Source: an uncultured Collinsella sp.
GTDB lineage: Bacteria; Actinomycetota; Coriobacteriia; Coriobacteriales; Coriobacteriaceae
DNA: 64,000 nt
Reading direction: 5' to 3'
Assembly: GCA_959027945.1 (NCBI GenBank)
Contig: CAUFRO010000001.1
Coordinates: 15,260-79,259 of the forward strand
The notes beneath the pieces were generated by a model. It was not told where the DNA came from. It saw only the letters and a list, made by a program, of their open reading frames with translations, and ran no database searches. Both the position numbers and the translations under genes were made by a program. Position 1 is the stretch's first letter, and every line of letters starts with the position of its first letter. This document shows, one piece after another, positions 29,460-42,163 of this stretch.

Positions 29460-30185
29460 CTAGAGCCAACTGTTCGTCTTCACGTCGCGTATGGCGATAT
29501 TTCGGTCGTCCGGCTCGGTGATGCCGTAGCCGAACGCCTGGAGCGTCTCGATGGACTCCTGGATCCTCTGTTGGAACATGGGACCCGGATCGACCCTCGG
29601 CCCGAGGTGCCCGCGCCAAAGGCACGGCGTGGCGCGCAGCATGTTATGGATTTTGGAGATGGGCTCGATGTCGGCGTAGACGTTGAGCGTCGCCATGGCG
29701 TCCTTGTGGCCGAGGATCGATTGGAGCGCCTTGATATCGCCGCCTTGGCGGATCCACTGCGTTGCGAACGTGTGGCGAAGGCCGTGGAACGTGATCAGCT
29801 CGTCGTTGGTGCCCATGAGGCCGTTGGTCTCCGAGAACGTCTTGAACGCCCTGCGGATATAGCTTGTCGTCGCGAAGGTCGCGCCCGGCTCCGACAGGAT
29901 GTAGCAGTCCCCGATCTCGACCGCCCCGGTAAGGCCGCGCAAGCGCAGCTTTCCGCAGTCGATCTCGTGGGTCTCCTTCAGGAAGGGGAGTAGGCCGACC
30001 GGGTCGATGGGGATACCCCTGGCGTCATGGGTCTTGGTGTCCTTGATGAACGAACCCATTCCCTTCGCGTACGCCACCGAGTGTCTGATCGAGATCAGGC
30101 CCGTCTCGAAATCCACATCGCACTACCGAAGGCCGCAGACCTCGCCGATTCGCATCCCCGTGTGCAGGGCGAGTACGACCGCCCT
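29460..30185 (-). pseudogene. Tyrosine integrase remnant (catalytic domain only, internal stop)
   Basis: Minus strand reads AVVLALHTGMRIGEVCGLR*CDVDF (TAG at 30123-30125 where W is expected), HGLRHTFAT, LGH, TLNVYA; N-terminal domains absent. Confidence 0.9.
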
Positions 30186-30437
30186 CTAATCCTCGGCGGA
30201 CCAATCGAGTCCGAACTCCTTTCGGGCATCCTCTTCGCTCATGACTTCGAGAAGGTCTCCAGGTTGGCAACGAAGGGCGAGGCATAGCTGCTCGAGCGTG
30301 TTGAAACGAATGCCGCGAATATGCCCTTTTTTAATACGGGACAGGTTCACGGGCGTGGTTCCAATCCTTTCGGCAAGTTCGTTCGAGGAAATCTTTCGCT
30401 CGGCCATGATCTTGTCGAGGCGAACAATTACGGGCAT
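30186..30437 (-). CDS. XRE/Cro-CI HTH regulator (YozG-like)
   Basis: LDKIMAERKISSNELAERIG...NLSRIK...IRFNTLEQLCLALRCQPGDLLE. Confidence 0.9.
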   Translation of the reverse strand: MPVIVRLDKIMAERKISSNELAERIGTTPVNLSRIKKGHIRGIRFNTLEQLCLALRCQPGDLLEVMSEEDARKEFGLDWSAED

Positions 30438-30446
30438 GACGTTTCC

Positions 30447-30959
30447 TTACGCAATCTCGTCGGAGTCGAGGTACAGCTCCCGAGCGTATAGGAAGAGCTG
30501 GGAAAGCATGAACAGGACGATGCCGAGAACCAGAGAGGTCCAGTCGAATGATGAAGCGATCTCCTGGGCGCCGACGGCCCCCTCGCCGCCAAACATCGAA
30601 ACGGAGGTTTCGAGTGAGCCGGCGTAGAGGCTGGTGGCAGCTTGAACAATGAAGAGAATGCCGAGCACCTTCAAGCACGTCGCAGACCCTTTCTTGAAGG
30701 GGTCTGCGCTCTTGATCGTCCACACGAGAACGGCGCTGAGGATGGTCGTAGCGATACCGATGACGGCAGGGGCCAATGTCGAGATCGCAAGGGCTGGATA
30801 CGCGGGGGAGTCTGCAATCACAGGGTTGTCGAGCACTTCGATTGCTGGCTTTAAGGAGAACGCCACTTGTGCGATGGCGGTGACGCAAAGGGCCGCAGAG
30901 GCTATCGCACATGCGATGCGGAAGGAATGAAGCCGGGGAGTGCGATTGTCGGAACTCAT
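30447..30959 (-). CDS. DUF2975-like membrane protein
   Basis: About 4 TM segments, DPF motif, C-terminal LFLYARELYLDSDEIA, directly upstream of a YozG-like HTH (typical pairing). Confidence 0.7.
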   Translation of the reverse strand: MSSDNRTPRLHSFRIACAIASAALCVTAIAQVAFSLKPAIEVLDNPVIADSPAYPALAISTLAPAVIGIATTILSAVLVWTIKSADPFKKGSATCLKVLGILFIVQAATSLYAGSLETSVSMFGGEGAVGAQEIASSFDWTSLVLGIVLFMLSQLFLYARELYLDSDEIA

Positions 30960-31094
30960 AATAACCTCCGAAGAATTTAAAAAACTCAGGTTACTTTTTA
31001 ACAGTTTATGTTAAATTGACTTTGCCGGCAAGTAATCACAGCATGCTGCAACCGTAACCCCGCGCATCGGGCTGAATCGTGTTGAAACGAGCTG

Positions 31095-33320
31095 GTGATA
31101 CGTATGTTCAAAATCTCGAAGGTGATCTTTAGGTCGCTCCTCTCCTCTAGGTCGCTCCGTGTTGCCGTTGCTGCGTTGATGGTTCTTTGTGCTTTGCCAG
31201 TCTTCAGGAGTGCGGCTGGCATCGACGGACGGGTTGAATACCTCGAGTCGGGAATAACCCGCGTTGAGCAGGAATTGTCAGCATCCTATGCGGACGCGCT
31301 TGTGAATGCGGGAGAGGAGGGCGTCTATACCTCTTCATCAAGCATGCCTGCACTTCTGTACCCTCTTGACACGGGGCGACTTATCTTGGCGCCGCTCTCT
31401 CCTCTGCTTCCGTTTCTGCAGATATCGGACGGAGGGTACTCCTTTTATGACGGATCGAAGGAATACTTGCTATGGGTCGCAACGGCCGTTGCCGTCTCGT
31501 TCCTTGCCGCGCGCCTTAACAAACGTGGAAAGCTCATCATCCAGGCACCGATGGGTGAGCCGGGTAGGCTTGTTGCATCGAGCGTATGGGCGAGTGCTTT
31601 TGCAATGCTTGCCGTCTTCGCCATCAATCTTCCAGGGATAATCACCGCGCTCGTGAAGAATGGCCCGGGCTCGCCGTTCTATCCGATAGGCTACATTCAA
31701 TTTGCGACTCCGGTTATCAAACCGGCTTGGCTGGTGTTCGCGCAGACGACCATCTTGCAATTCTTGATGGCGGCGTTCATTTCGCTCGTCGTTCACCTTG
31801 CCGTGAAGATTGCCAATAGCCCTGCGCTTGGAATCGTGTTCGTATGTGCCCTGATGGGGGTGACGATGGTTCCCGGGTATTACGGAAGATCCATGGCTTT
31901 ACGTGAATTCGCCCTGTTAAATCCCCTTACGTATGCAAACACCGAGTTGACCGTAGGCGCCTATAGCCCGTACCCGACAACGCAGATAGTGAATCTGCCC
32001 GGACTTTGCTTCGAGCGTGGCGCGATTACCCTCGTATGCGCAATCGGGATCGAGGTGCTGGCAATTAGCCTGCTTTGCGTTGCTGGAAAGAGCGGCTGCG
32101 CGCGCCCGATGCCCCCGATTTGTCTTGAGAGAGGTTCCTTCACCGCATCGAGAGCGGCAACTCGTTCGAGCGCTTGTGCCTCCGCCGTTGCATACGTAAG
32201 AACGATGGGGAAACTGCTCCTGCATTCTCCTGCCCTCGCCGTATGCGCGATTGCAATGTCGACGACGATGCTGGCCCCGGCTCTGGTCGAGGTGTTTCCT
32301 GACGCTGATGACGTTTCCGCTGTTCGGTATAGGGATGGGGAGCTCCGTTCAATAGATCGGTATCTAGAGCAGGACGCTGCGAATATGGATGTCGAGGGCA
32401 AAACGGCCCTGGAAGACATGCGAGATGCTCTTTCGGGTTTTGTGTACGCGCCTACGCCTGCGGAGGGGTTTCGAAGCCTTGCGACGTACGAGCGCGCTCG
32501 AGGCGAACTGGGCGCGGCAGATGCGACCCTCCTGCAATCGATCGGAATCGAGTCGGAGACTCCTTCTCGTGCGGAGGCGCGCGCCCTTCTGCTCGAGTCG
32601 ATCGCGAGCTTGCCGGACCCCAAGGTTTACGAGTTAAGTACGAAGATGCCCCCATTAATCCTCCTTTCGTATTTCCAGGCAGCGCTTCCTTCCTTGTTTT
32701 GGCTGTTGCCCGTGGTTGTCACATCGCTTGCGTGCACCCACCTGCAGTGCCGTTCCCTTCTGGTTTTCCAAGTCCCCGCAACAGCGCATGTGCGTTTTCT
32801 GACGGCTGTTGCGTTGTCTCTCCTGCTTGGCTTGACGCTGCTTTTGGTGTCGATGGTTCCCGCTGCAGTTGTGTCCGCGATTAAGAACGGTGCGGGTGGA
32901 TCGGAGTATCCCGTCGCTCTCATTCGAGCGGGGGCTTCGACAACGTCCATGGTGGGGGAGGCGGTGTTGCGTAGCGTTCCGTTGCTGGTCATGGCATACG
33001 GCGTGATTTCCGTCGTCGCTGCGTTGACAGCAGCGATTAGCCGCAGCCCCGTTGTCACCGGAGTGGTTTGCGCGGTTCTCTTGGTGTTGGGTTCGTTGAG
33101 CGCTCATGTTGAAAGCGCGGGCATGGGCGCCGCGCTGCTGGCTCCATTCGCCTCGTTTGATCCCGCTTCCCAGGTGGGGACGATTGGGTTCCTTGGGCGA
33201 GGGACGAACGCGATGCCTTTTGGAGAGGTCGTCGGCGCATCGGGCGCTCTGCTGGTGGTCTCGGGCGCCGTATCTCCGTTGTTGGTGCGCCTGGGTGTTC
33301 CGAAGATCGAAAGGGGATGA
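31095..33320 (+). CDS. Large ABC-2-type permease with two tandem permease domains
   Basis: Many TM segments; repeated NGxG...YP motif (NGPGSPFYP, NGAGGSEYP); stop abuts the ABC ATPase gene; start uncertain. Confidence 0.65.
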   Translation: MIRMFKISKVIFRSLLSSRSLRVAVAALMVLCALPVFRSAAGIDGRVEYLESGITRVEQELSASYADALVNAGEEGVYTSSSSMPALLYPLDTGRLILAPLSPLLPFLQISDGGYSFYDGSKEYLLWVATAVAVSFLAARLNKRGKLIIQAPMGEPGRLVASSVWASAFAMLAVFAINLPGIITALVKNGPGSPFYPIGYIQFATPVIKPAWLVFAQTTILQFLMAAFISLVVHLAVKIANSPALGIVFVCALMGVTMVPGYYGRSMALREFALLNPLTYANTELTVGAYSPYPTTQIVNLPGLCFERGAITLVCAIGIEVLAISLLCVAGKSGCARPMPPICLERGSFTASRAATRSSACASAVAYVRTMGKLLLHSPALAVCAIAMSTTMLAPALVEVFPDADDVSAVRYRDGELRSIDRYLEQDAANMDVEGKTALEDMRDALSGFVYAPTPAEGFRSLATYERARGELGAADATLLQSIGIESETPSRAEARALLLESIASLPDPKVYELSTKMPPLILLSYFQAALPSLFWLLPVVVTSLACTHLQCRSLLVFQVPATAHVRFLTAVALSLLLGLTLLLVSMVPAAVVSAIKNGAGGSEYPVALIRAGASTTSMVGEAVLRSVPLLVMAYGVISVVAALTAAISRSPVVTGVVCAVLLVLGSLSAHVESAGMGAALLAPFASFDPASQVGTIGFLGRGTNAMPFGEVVGASGALLVVSGAVSPLLVRLGVPKIERG

Positions 33321-33325
33321 TCTCG

Positions 33326-34066
33326 ATGATTGACCTTCAAACGCTGACGATCTCTTATGGAAAGAAGGTGCTCGTAGATTCGGTGAACGCTGAGTTTGCC
33401 CCGGGTACGGTCTACGGTCTCGTCGCTCCGAACGGGCATGGAAAGACGACGTTGCTGCGTGCGATGGCAGGTTTGCCGGGTCCTCGCGTGGACGGGAGCA
33501 TCGTTCTGGATGAGGTGCAGGGTACGGGTGCGAGAGAGGTCCGTTCTATGATCTTCTATGCACCTGGTGAGGGAACGCCGCTGTATCCCGGATTGCGTGC
33601 GGAAGATCACCTCAAGATGGTTTGCGATATGTGGCCGCATGCTCGTGATATCGAGGAGGTAGTGGAGCAAACGCAGATAGGCGAGTTCGCGAAGATGAGG
33701 ATCCGCGCTCTGAGCCAGGGTATGAAGCAGCAGCTTACCTTGGCGATTGCGTATGCGACGGGTGCGCGGTACCTCCTGTTGGATGAACCCATGAACGCGC
33801 TCGATCCCAGCAGGGTGGACTTGCATTCCGGGATTCTCAGGAAGCTGGCCGATTCTGGTACGTGCATCATCATGTCATCCCACATCTTGGATTCGGTCGA
33901 TAGACTGTGCGATGAGATTCTGTTTTTGAAGGATGGGAGGCTCATTAGAAGCATTCCGCAAGATGATGCTGCGCCGAAGTCTCCCGGATCCCATTTCGCA
34001 AGGCCTGCCGGACGCGCCGAGGGTGCGCTAAGCGCGTATCGGCGGCTCTACGGAGAGGGCGGGTAG
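33326..34066 (+). CDS. ABC transporter ATP-binding protein
   Basis: APNGHGKTT, LSQGMKQQ, LLLDEP, SSH; start may be 33317. Confidence 0.92.
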   Translation: MIDLQTLTISYGKKVLVDSVNAEFAPGTVYGLVAPNGHGKTTLLRAMAGLPGPRVDGSIVLDEVQGTGAREVRSMIFYAPGEGTPLYPGLRAEDHLKMVCDMWPHARDIEEVVEQTQIGEFAKMRIRALSQGMKQQLTLAIAYATGARYLLLDEPMNALDPSRVDLHSGILRKLADSGTCIIMSSHILDSVDRLCDEILFLKDGRLIRSIPQDDAAPKSPGSHFARPAGRAEGALSAYRRLYGEGG

Positions 34067-34216
34067 AAATGCAAGTTAATAATCTATGTGGTCGATATGC
34101 CGTTAAACCCGCGTATCGATACCGCTCAGCCATTCGCCTCGCCCCCGTCGCACGCATCTTCATCCGGTCTGTTACTTTTAATCTAACAATTCTTTGAGGA
34201 ACGTAGGTGCTTCTGA

Positions 34217-36025
34217 ATGTACTGTCGACTTCTTCTCAAACTAATCCTAAGAGACAGGGCCGTATGGATCTCCACGCTCGTTCTCGCCGCAGCCTTCTCC
34301 ATCCCCATCGCGTTCAATTCACCCATCTACGGCCCCTTCTTTATGAAGCAGGGCATGCAGGGCTTTGTCGACGCATTCAATACGCGCGCACCCCAGGCCG
34401 GCGGCATAGACCTATCGCCAGAGCAGCAAGCTGACGCGGAGCTTGCAAGATACGCGAACGCCGCCCTCGCCGCTCAAACCGACGCCGCCTTTCTCGATTC
34501 TGCCGAGAGCTACTACGCGCTCATGGGCGAAGGCTTCCAATCCGGGTCCATCGTGGGAGACCGAGAGACCAATGACGCAGACCTCGCGTATTGCCGCGCT
34601 CTGAGCAGCTCCGGCATCACGGATATCCCGGCCTCCGCAAGCGACCTGCCATTCCTTTCCTTCCTGCCTTACGCCATTGCCACGGCGCCGTCTTTCCTTC
34701 CCTTCATCCCCTTCCTTCTCTCGTCGATACTCGTGCTCGGCGCCACAAGGCCCGGGACCCTGGCGGCAAAGGCGCCCGTGCCCAAATTCCGGCGCCTTGT
34801 CCAGATCGTGTTCTCGATAATTGGCGCGGGGACCGCGATGCTCCTCGCCGGCCTTGCGCCCGGGAGTATTTACGCCTTGGTCCTAAACGGCTTCGGGCAA
34901 ATCGGGTACCCGATCGCCTTCTTCCATGACGGCGCGCTTACCGCCACGACCGCGGGAAACGTCTTCACTACCCTGCTTCTCGCGCTGCTTGCGGGCGGAA
35001 CCTTGATATCCGTTTGTTCCGTCGTCCTATCGACCGCAACGAGGCGCGTCTTCGCGGGCCCCCTTACCTCAGCGCTGCTTGTCGCGGCCCCGGCATTCCC
35101 GTTACTGTCCGATTCGGCACTGGAGCATAGCGCCGCGCTCAATCTCCTGCCGCTGGGCGTGTTCTCGCCTATCGAGGCCACGGGCTACGTAGGATGCTTC
35201 CCGACGGAATTCATTGGCTCCGGTTCAGGCAGCGCATCGATGCTTGCCGTGGCCCTGGCATACGTCGCGGTCCTTTTCGCGGTCGGCGCCGTCGTGACAC
35301 GTTCGCCCAAACAGGCTGGACCCGCTAAAAAGCACCATGGTCTCGAGCTTCTGGACGCGAGCGTGGGATACGGGAGCACGACGATACTTTCAATCGGGTC
35401 GCTTTTCCTGAGCCCGGGAACGGCGGCTGGGCTCGTCGCTCCCAACGGCTCGGGGAAAACCACCCTTCTTGAAGCGCTGTCGGGCCAATTTCCCACCCGC
35501 ATCCGCTCGGGAAGCCTGGTGGCAGACGGAATCTGCCAACGTCGATCAGCCGAATTCGCAGAACTCGTCTACCTGAGCTCTTCAGGCGGCGCGGATCTCT
35601 ACCCCACGCTATCGGCCATCGAGCACCTTGCTTTCGTTAGGGAGGCGTGGAAATCAGCCGCCGACATCGACTCGCTCTGCAACTCCCTCGGAATCTCCCC
35701 ATATCTCGACAAGCCGACCCGTAAACTCTCGACAGGAATGAAGCAGCAGGTAAAGCTTGCCATGGCGATATCGACCGGTTGCCCGTACCTTATCCTCGAT
35801 GAACCGCTGAACGGCCTCGATCCGGGAAAGCGGAAAACCTCCTGCGACGCGATGCGCAGCGAGGTGGCGCGGGGACGCAGCGTGCTCATTTCAAGCCATC
35901 TACTCGACGACCTGGCAGACCTCACCAGCTCGTTCTACTTCATCGAGGCCGGAACGCTCGTGGAAAAGATCAAGTCGTCCTCGCAAACACTCAAACAGGA
36001 ATACCTCGATACATACGAGAGATGA
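34217..36025 (+). CDS. Fused ABC-2-type permease plus C-terminal ATPase
   Basis: N-terminal TM region with NGFGQIGYP; C-terminal APNGSGKTT, LSTGMKQQ, LILDEP, SSH. Confidence 0.85.
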   Translation: MYCRLLLKLILRDRAVWISTLVLAAAFSIPIAFNSPIYGPFFMKQGMQGFVDAFNTRAPQAGGIDLSPEQQADAELARYANAALAAQTDAAFLDSAESYYALMGEGFQSGSIVGDRETNDADLAYCRALSSSGITDIPASASDLPFLSFLPYAIATAPSFLPFIPFLLSSILVLGATRPGTLAAKAPVPKFRRLVQIVFSIIGAGTAMLLAGLAPGSIYALVLNGFGQIGYPIAFFHDGALTATTAGNVFTTLLLALLAGGTLISVCSVVLSTATRRVFAGPLTSALLVAAPAFPLLSDSALEHSAALNLLPLGVFSPIEATGYVGCFPTEFIGSGSGSASMLAVALAYVAVLFAVGAVVTRSPKQAGPAKKHHGLELLDASVGYGSTTILSIGSLFLSPGTAAGLVAPNGSGKTTLLEALSGQFPTRIRSGSLVADGICQRRSAEFAELVYLSSSGGADLYPTLSAIEHLAFVREAWKSAADIDSLCNSLGISPYLDKPTRKLSTGMKQQVKLAMAISTGCPYLILDEPLNGLDPGKRKTSCDAMRSEVARGRSVLISSHLLDDLADLTSSFYFIEAGTLVEKIKSSSQTLKQEYLDTYER

Positions 36026-36037
36026 ATGTGGGGGAGT

Positions 36038-36057
36038 GTTCGGATGAAGTTGATATT
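36038..36057 (+). repeat. 20-bp island-boundary motif, copy 1
   Basis: GTTCGGATGAAGTTGATATT, identical to 52940-52959. Confidence 0.85.
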
Positions 36058-36211
36058 TAAGGTCCAGCTCGTGTTGTGCCGAAAAGACCGTGAACCTTTT
36101 GTGGGACACGCGGCGCCGTGGTACCATAGCCGAGTTTGTTGTCTTGGTCGGAAACCAAGACGCCTTATGCGCTGATCGGTAACCAGCGCCTGACCAATAA
36201 GGAGTCCTACC

Positions 36212-36637
36212 ATGAAGCAGGGTATCCATCCCCAGTATGTCGAGTGCACGGTGACGTGCTCCTGCGGCAACACCTTCAAGACGCACGCTACCGTGTCCGA
36301 GATGAAGGTTGAGCTTTGCAACGAGTGCCACCCGTTCTACACCGGCCAGCAGAAGTTCGTCGACACCGGTGGACGCGTCCAGCGCTTCGCCGACAAGTTC
36401 GGTGGCGCCGCTGCCGCCCAGCTCAAGAAGGCCGAGGAGGCCAAGGCTGCCAAGGCTGCCAAGGCTGCTGAGGCCGAGGCCGCTCGCAAGGCCGCCGCTG
36501 AGGCTAAGGCTGCCGAGAAGGCTAAGCGTGCCGCTAAGTTCGCCGAGGAGGCTGCCAAGCAGGCCGCCGAGGCTCCCGCAGAGGCTCCCGTCGAGGAGGC
36601 CGCTGCCGAGGCCGAGACCACCGAGGCTGCTGAGTAA
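36212..36637 (+). CDS. rpmE: 50S ribosomal protein L31 (zinc type) with long A/K/E-rich C-terminal extension
   Basis: MKQGIHPQY...CSCG...[13 protein letters not shown]...GGRVQRF. Confidence 0.97.
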   Translation: MKQGIHPQYVECTVTCSCGNTFKTHATVSEMKVELCNECHPFYTGQQKFVDTGGRVQRFADKFGGAAAAQLKKAEEAKAAKAAKAAEAEAARKAAAEAKAAEKAKRAAKFAEEAAKQAAEAPAEAPVEEAAAEAETTEAAE

Positions 36638-36675
36638 ATAGCTCGCCGCGGAATCACTCGCATTCATGGCATGAG

Positions 36676-36714
36676 GGCCGTGCATCCATTTGGGTGCGCG
36701 GCCCTTTTCTTTTT
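36676..36714 (+). terminator. rpmE terminator
   Basis: GGCCGTGCATCC-ATTT-GGGTGCGCGGCC plus T-rich tail. Confidence 0.75.
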
Positions 36715-36815
36715 ATTGGTGCAAGCTAACCTGTCCCCGTGGCACCAAATGGCAGAGAGACGGCGTTTGCTCAGATAAAACTTGCCAAAATAAACCTGTC
36801 CCATTGTGGCAGGTT
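36715..36815. repeat. Two AACCTGTCCC-loop hairpin repeats
   Basis: 36777-36815 matches 57591-57629 at 35/39 positions; 36715-36753 resembles 23223-23261. Confidence 0.75.
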
Positions 36816-36944
36816 GGTCATAGTTATTACGTGGCGGTCGAGGTCGACCGTATAGGCCGCGTCCTGTTTGGCTAAAGTACATTTATCTGTGTTTAACTCG
36901 CCCGAGGCTGCATGGCGTGGGCGATGGCCAAAAAGGAAAACCAC

Positions 36945-39751
<2,807 letters not shown>

Positions 39752-39752
<1 letters not shown>

Positions 39753-40900
39753 TGGCAGAGGCTTTAGAGGTAACGCCCGCCGAGCTGGACGCGTTTGCGG
39801 ACCGGCTCGGCGAGGTCGAGTCGTATCTCCATCTGGACGAGAAGCGCACCCGCGTGACCGAGCTCGAGGCCAAAAGCGTGGCTCCCGGCTTTTGGGATGA
39901 CGCCGATGCCGCCCGCGCCACCATGGAGGAGATCGCGCGCGCTAAGGAGGATATCGCTGCCGTGGATACCGCGCGCGGCGAGCTTTCCGATGCCCGCGCG
40001 GCGCTGGAACTTGCCGAGGAGATGGGGGATGGCCCCGACGCCGCTGCATTGCGCGAGGAAGCTGCCGCTACGGCAGAGCGCCTTGCCCGTGCCATCGACG
40101 AGCTTGAGCTTTCGAGCTGGTTTACCGGTGAGTTCGATCACGGCGATGCCATTGTGACCATCAAGCCCGGACAGGGTGGCCTGGAGGCCCAGGACTGGAC
40201 CTTCATGCTCTTTAAGATGTACATGAAGTACTGTCAGCGCCGCGGCTGGAAGGTCACCATCAACGACTGTCCCGCGGCCGAAGTCATCGGCATCGACCGC
40301 GCGACCTTTACCGTCGAGGGCAAGGACGCGTTCGGTATGCTGCGCGCCGAGGCCGGTGTACACCGCTTGGTGCGCATTAGCCCCACCGACGACAAGAAGC
40401 GTCGCCAGACCACGTTTGCCGGCGTCGAGGTCATCCCCGTGCTGCCCGACGATATCGATATCGAGATCAGCCCCGACGATATCCGCGTGGACGTGTACCA
40501 CGCGAGCGGCCCGGGCGGTCAGGGCGTCAACACCACCGACTCCGCCGTGCGCGTGACGCATTTTCCCAGCGGCATTGTGGTCACCTGCCAAAATGAGCGC
40601 AGTCAGATTCAAAACAAGGCCGCGTGCATGCAAATCCTTAAGGCTCGCCTGTACGAGATTGAGCTCGAGAAGCGCGCCGAGGCGCTCGATGAGATTCGCG
40701 GACCTAAGACCACGATTGGTTTTGGCAACCAGATTCGCAGCTACGTGCTCTACCCGTACCAGATGGTCAAAGACCTGCGTTCGGGTGTGGAGACCAGCAA
40801 CGTCGAGGCCGTTCTTGACGATGGTGACCTGGATCCGTTTGTGATCGGCTACCATCGTTGGGCAACCGGCAATGCCGATGCGGAAACGCCGGACGCATAA
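39752..40900 (+). CDS. prfB: Peptide chain release factor 2 (no frameshift; SPT variant)
   Basis: Follows secA; GVHRLVRISPTD, GPGGQGVNTTDSAVR, FGNQIRSYVLYPYQMVKD. Confidence 0.96.
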
Positions 40901-41024
40901 GTCGCTGGATGGCTTCGGCCGTGGCAAAACCCATCGGTTGGACGGGTTCGCATCCAGAATAAACCCAGCACAGGGGTGGTTTTTGTCCGGCGAATCGCTA
41001 GAATCGAATAGAGTAAGAAGTTCA

Positions 41025-41052
41025 AAGCGCATCCGTTTGGGTGCGCTTTTTT
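41025..41052 (+). terminator. Terminator-like hairpin just upstream of the yitT RBS
   Basis: AAAGCGCATCC-GTTT-GGGTGCGCTTTTTT. Confidence 0.6.
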
Positions 41053-41064
41053 GAGGGAGGTAGC

Positions 41065-41955
41065 ATGGCATATCGTCTGGACATCAAGCGCATTCTTTCG
41101 ATGAACTTCTTCCACGACCTGCCCCAGATTATGCTGGGGTGCGCCCTGGCAGCCGTCGCGACCGACCTGTTTTTGATCCCTAATGGCCTCGCTGCCGGCG
41201 GCGTTACAGGTCTTGCCACCATTATCCAGGCGGTCGGCGCCTCGCACGGCGTGTCGCTTCCCGTCGGCATCCAGACTATCGTGATGAACGCCTTGCTGCT
41301 GCTGGTGGTTATGCGCGCGGGCGGTATGTTCTATGTGGTGCAGACGGCGACGGGCTTTGTGCTGCTGGGCTTTTTCACCGACCTGTTTGCCCCGTTTGTG
41401 GCACCGCTAGCCCATGCCGACCTGATGCTGCCGGCCATGTGGGGCGGTATCGTTACGGGCATTGGCTACGGCATGGTGCTGCGTGCCGGCGCCAATACCG
41501 GTGGTTCTGACACCATCGGCCAGATTATCTCGCGCAATACGTCACTGCCGGTGGGCTCAACCGTCATGGCGATCGATGTTGCCGTGTGCGCCTTGTCGGC
41601 CCCGGTGTTCTCGATCGAAAACGCGCTGTACGCCGGCCTTTCGATGGTCATTAGTGGTTATGTGATCGATGCCGTGGTCGATGGCGGCAACAAGCGCCGT
41701 ATGGTGCTCATCATCTCGGACAATTTCCCCGATATTGCGGCCGACATCATGTACGGCCTGGGCCGCGGCTGCACCAAGTTTAGGGCGACCGGCATGTATT
41801 CGGGCGCCGAGAAGCCGGTGATCATGGTGATTGTGAGCCGTCGTGAGCTCAACACCCTTAAGACCATCGTGCGCGAACGCGATCCGCACGCCATCGTGAC
41901 CGTTGCCGATGTCACGGAAACCTTCGGCGAGGGCTTTAAGGACATCAGCGCGTAG
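41065..41955 (+). CDS. YitT family membrane protein
   Basis: PNGLAAGGVTG, GANTGGSD, RGCT, DPHAIV...GEGF. Confidence 0.9.
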   Translation: MAYRLDIKRILSMNFFHDLPQIMLGCALAAVATDLFLIPNGLAAGGVTGLATIIQAVGASHGVSLPVGIQTIVMNALLLLVVMRAGGMFYVVQTATGFVLLGFFTDLFAPFVAPLAHADLMLPAMWGGIVTGIGYGMVLRAGANTGGSDTIGQIISRNTSLPVGSTVMAIDVAVCALSAPVFSIENALYAGLSMVISGYVIDAVVDGGNKRRMVLIISDNFPDIAADIMYGLGRGCTKFRATGMYSGAEKPVIMVIVSRRELNTLKTIVRERDPHAIVTVADVTETFGEGFKDISA

Positions 41956-42163
41956 GATTGAGCGGGACCGCATCCAAAAGACGTTCACATTGATAAACCG
42001 TTTCATCAGGGCGTCTGCCTGCTCAATTGTTCAAATACTGATAAAAACTCTGGTAAAGCCTTCACTTTCCCGCATAATGGATGGCGTACGTGCATCGCGG
42101 CCGGGCTGGGACTACCTTCTGTGCCGTGCGCATCTTGTCTAAAGAGGATGAAAGGAAGGCACA

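Larger units (their letters stand above)
29200..36057. mobile_element. Degenerate integrative island 1 (boundaries approximate)
   Basis: Integrase pseudogene at the left end, atypical codon usage, cargo ABC genes, interrupts core genes (ACT...rpmE), 20-bp boundary motif at 36038. Confidence 0.6.

Noticed and set aside
29066..29460. tRNA or tmRNA attachment site next to the integrase
   Set aside because: No cloverleaf, T-loop or CCA end could be identified
34069..34197. 42-aa ORF (MQVNNLCGRY...) between ABC genes as a bacteriocin precursor
   Set aside because: No convincing RBS, leader or bacteriocin-like composition; more likely promoter DNA
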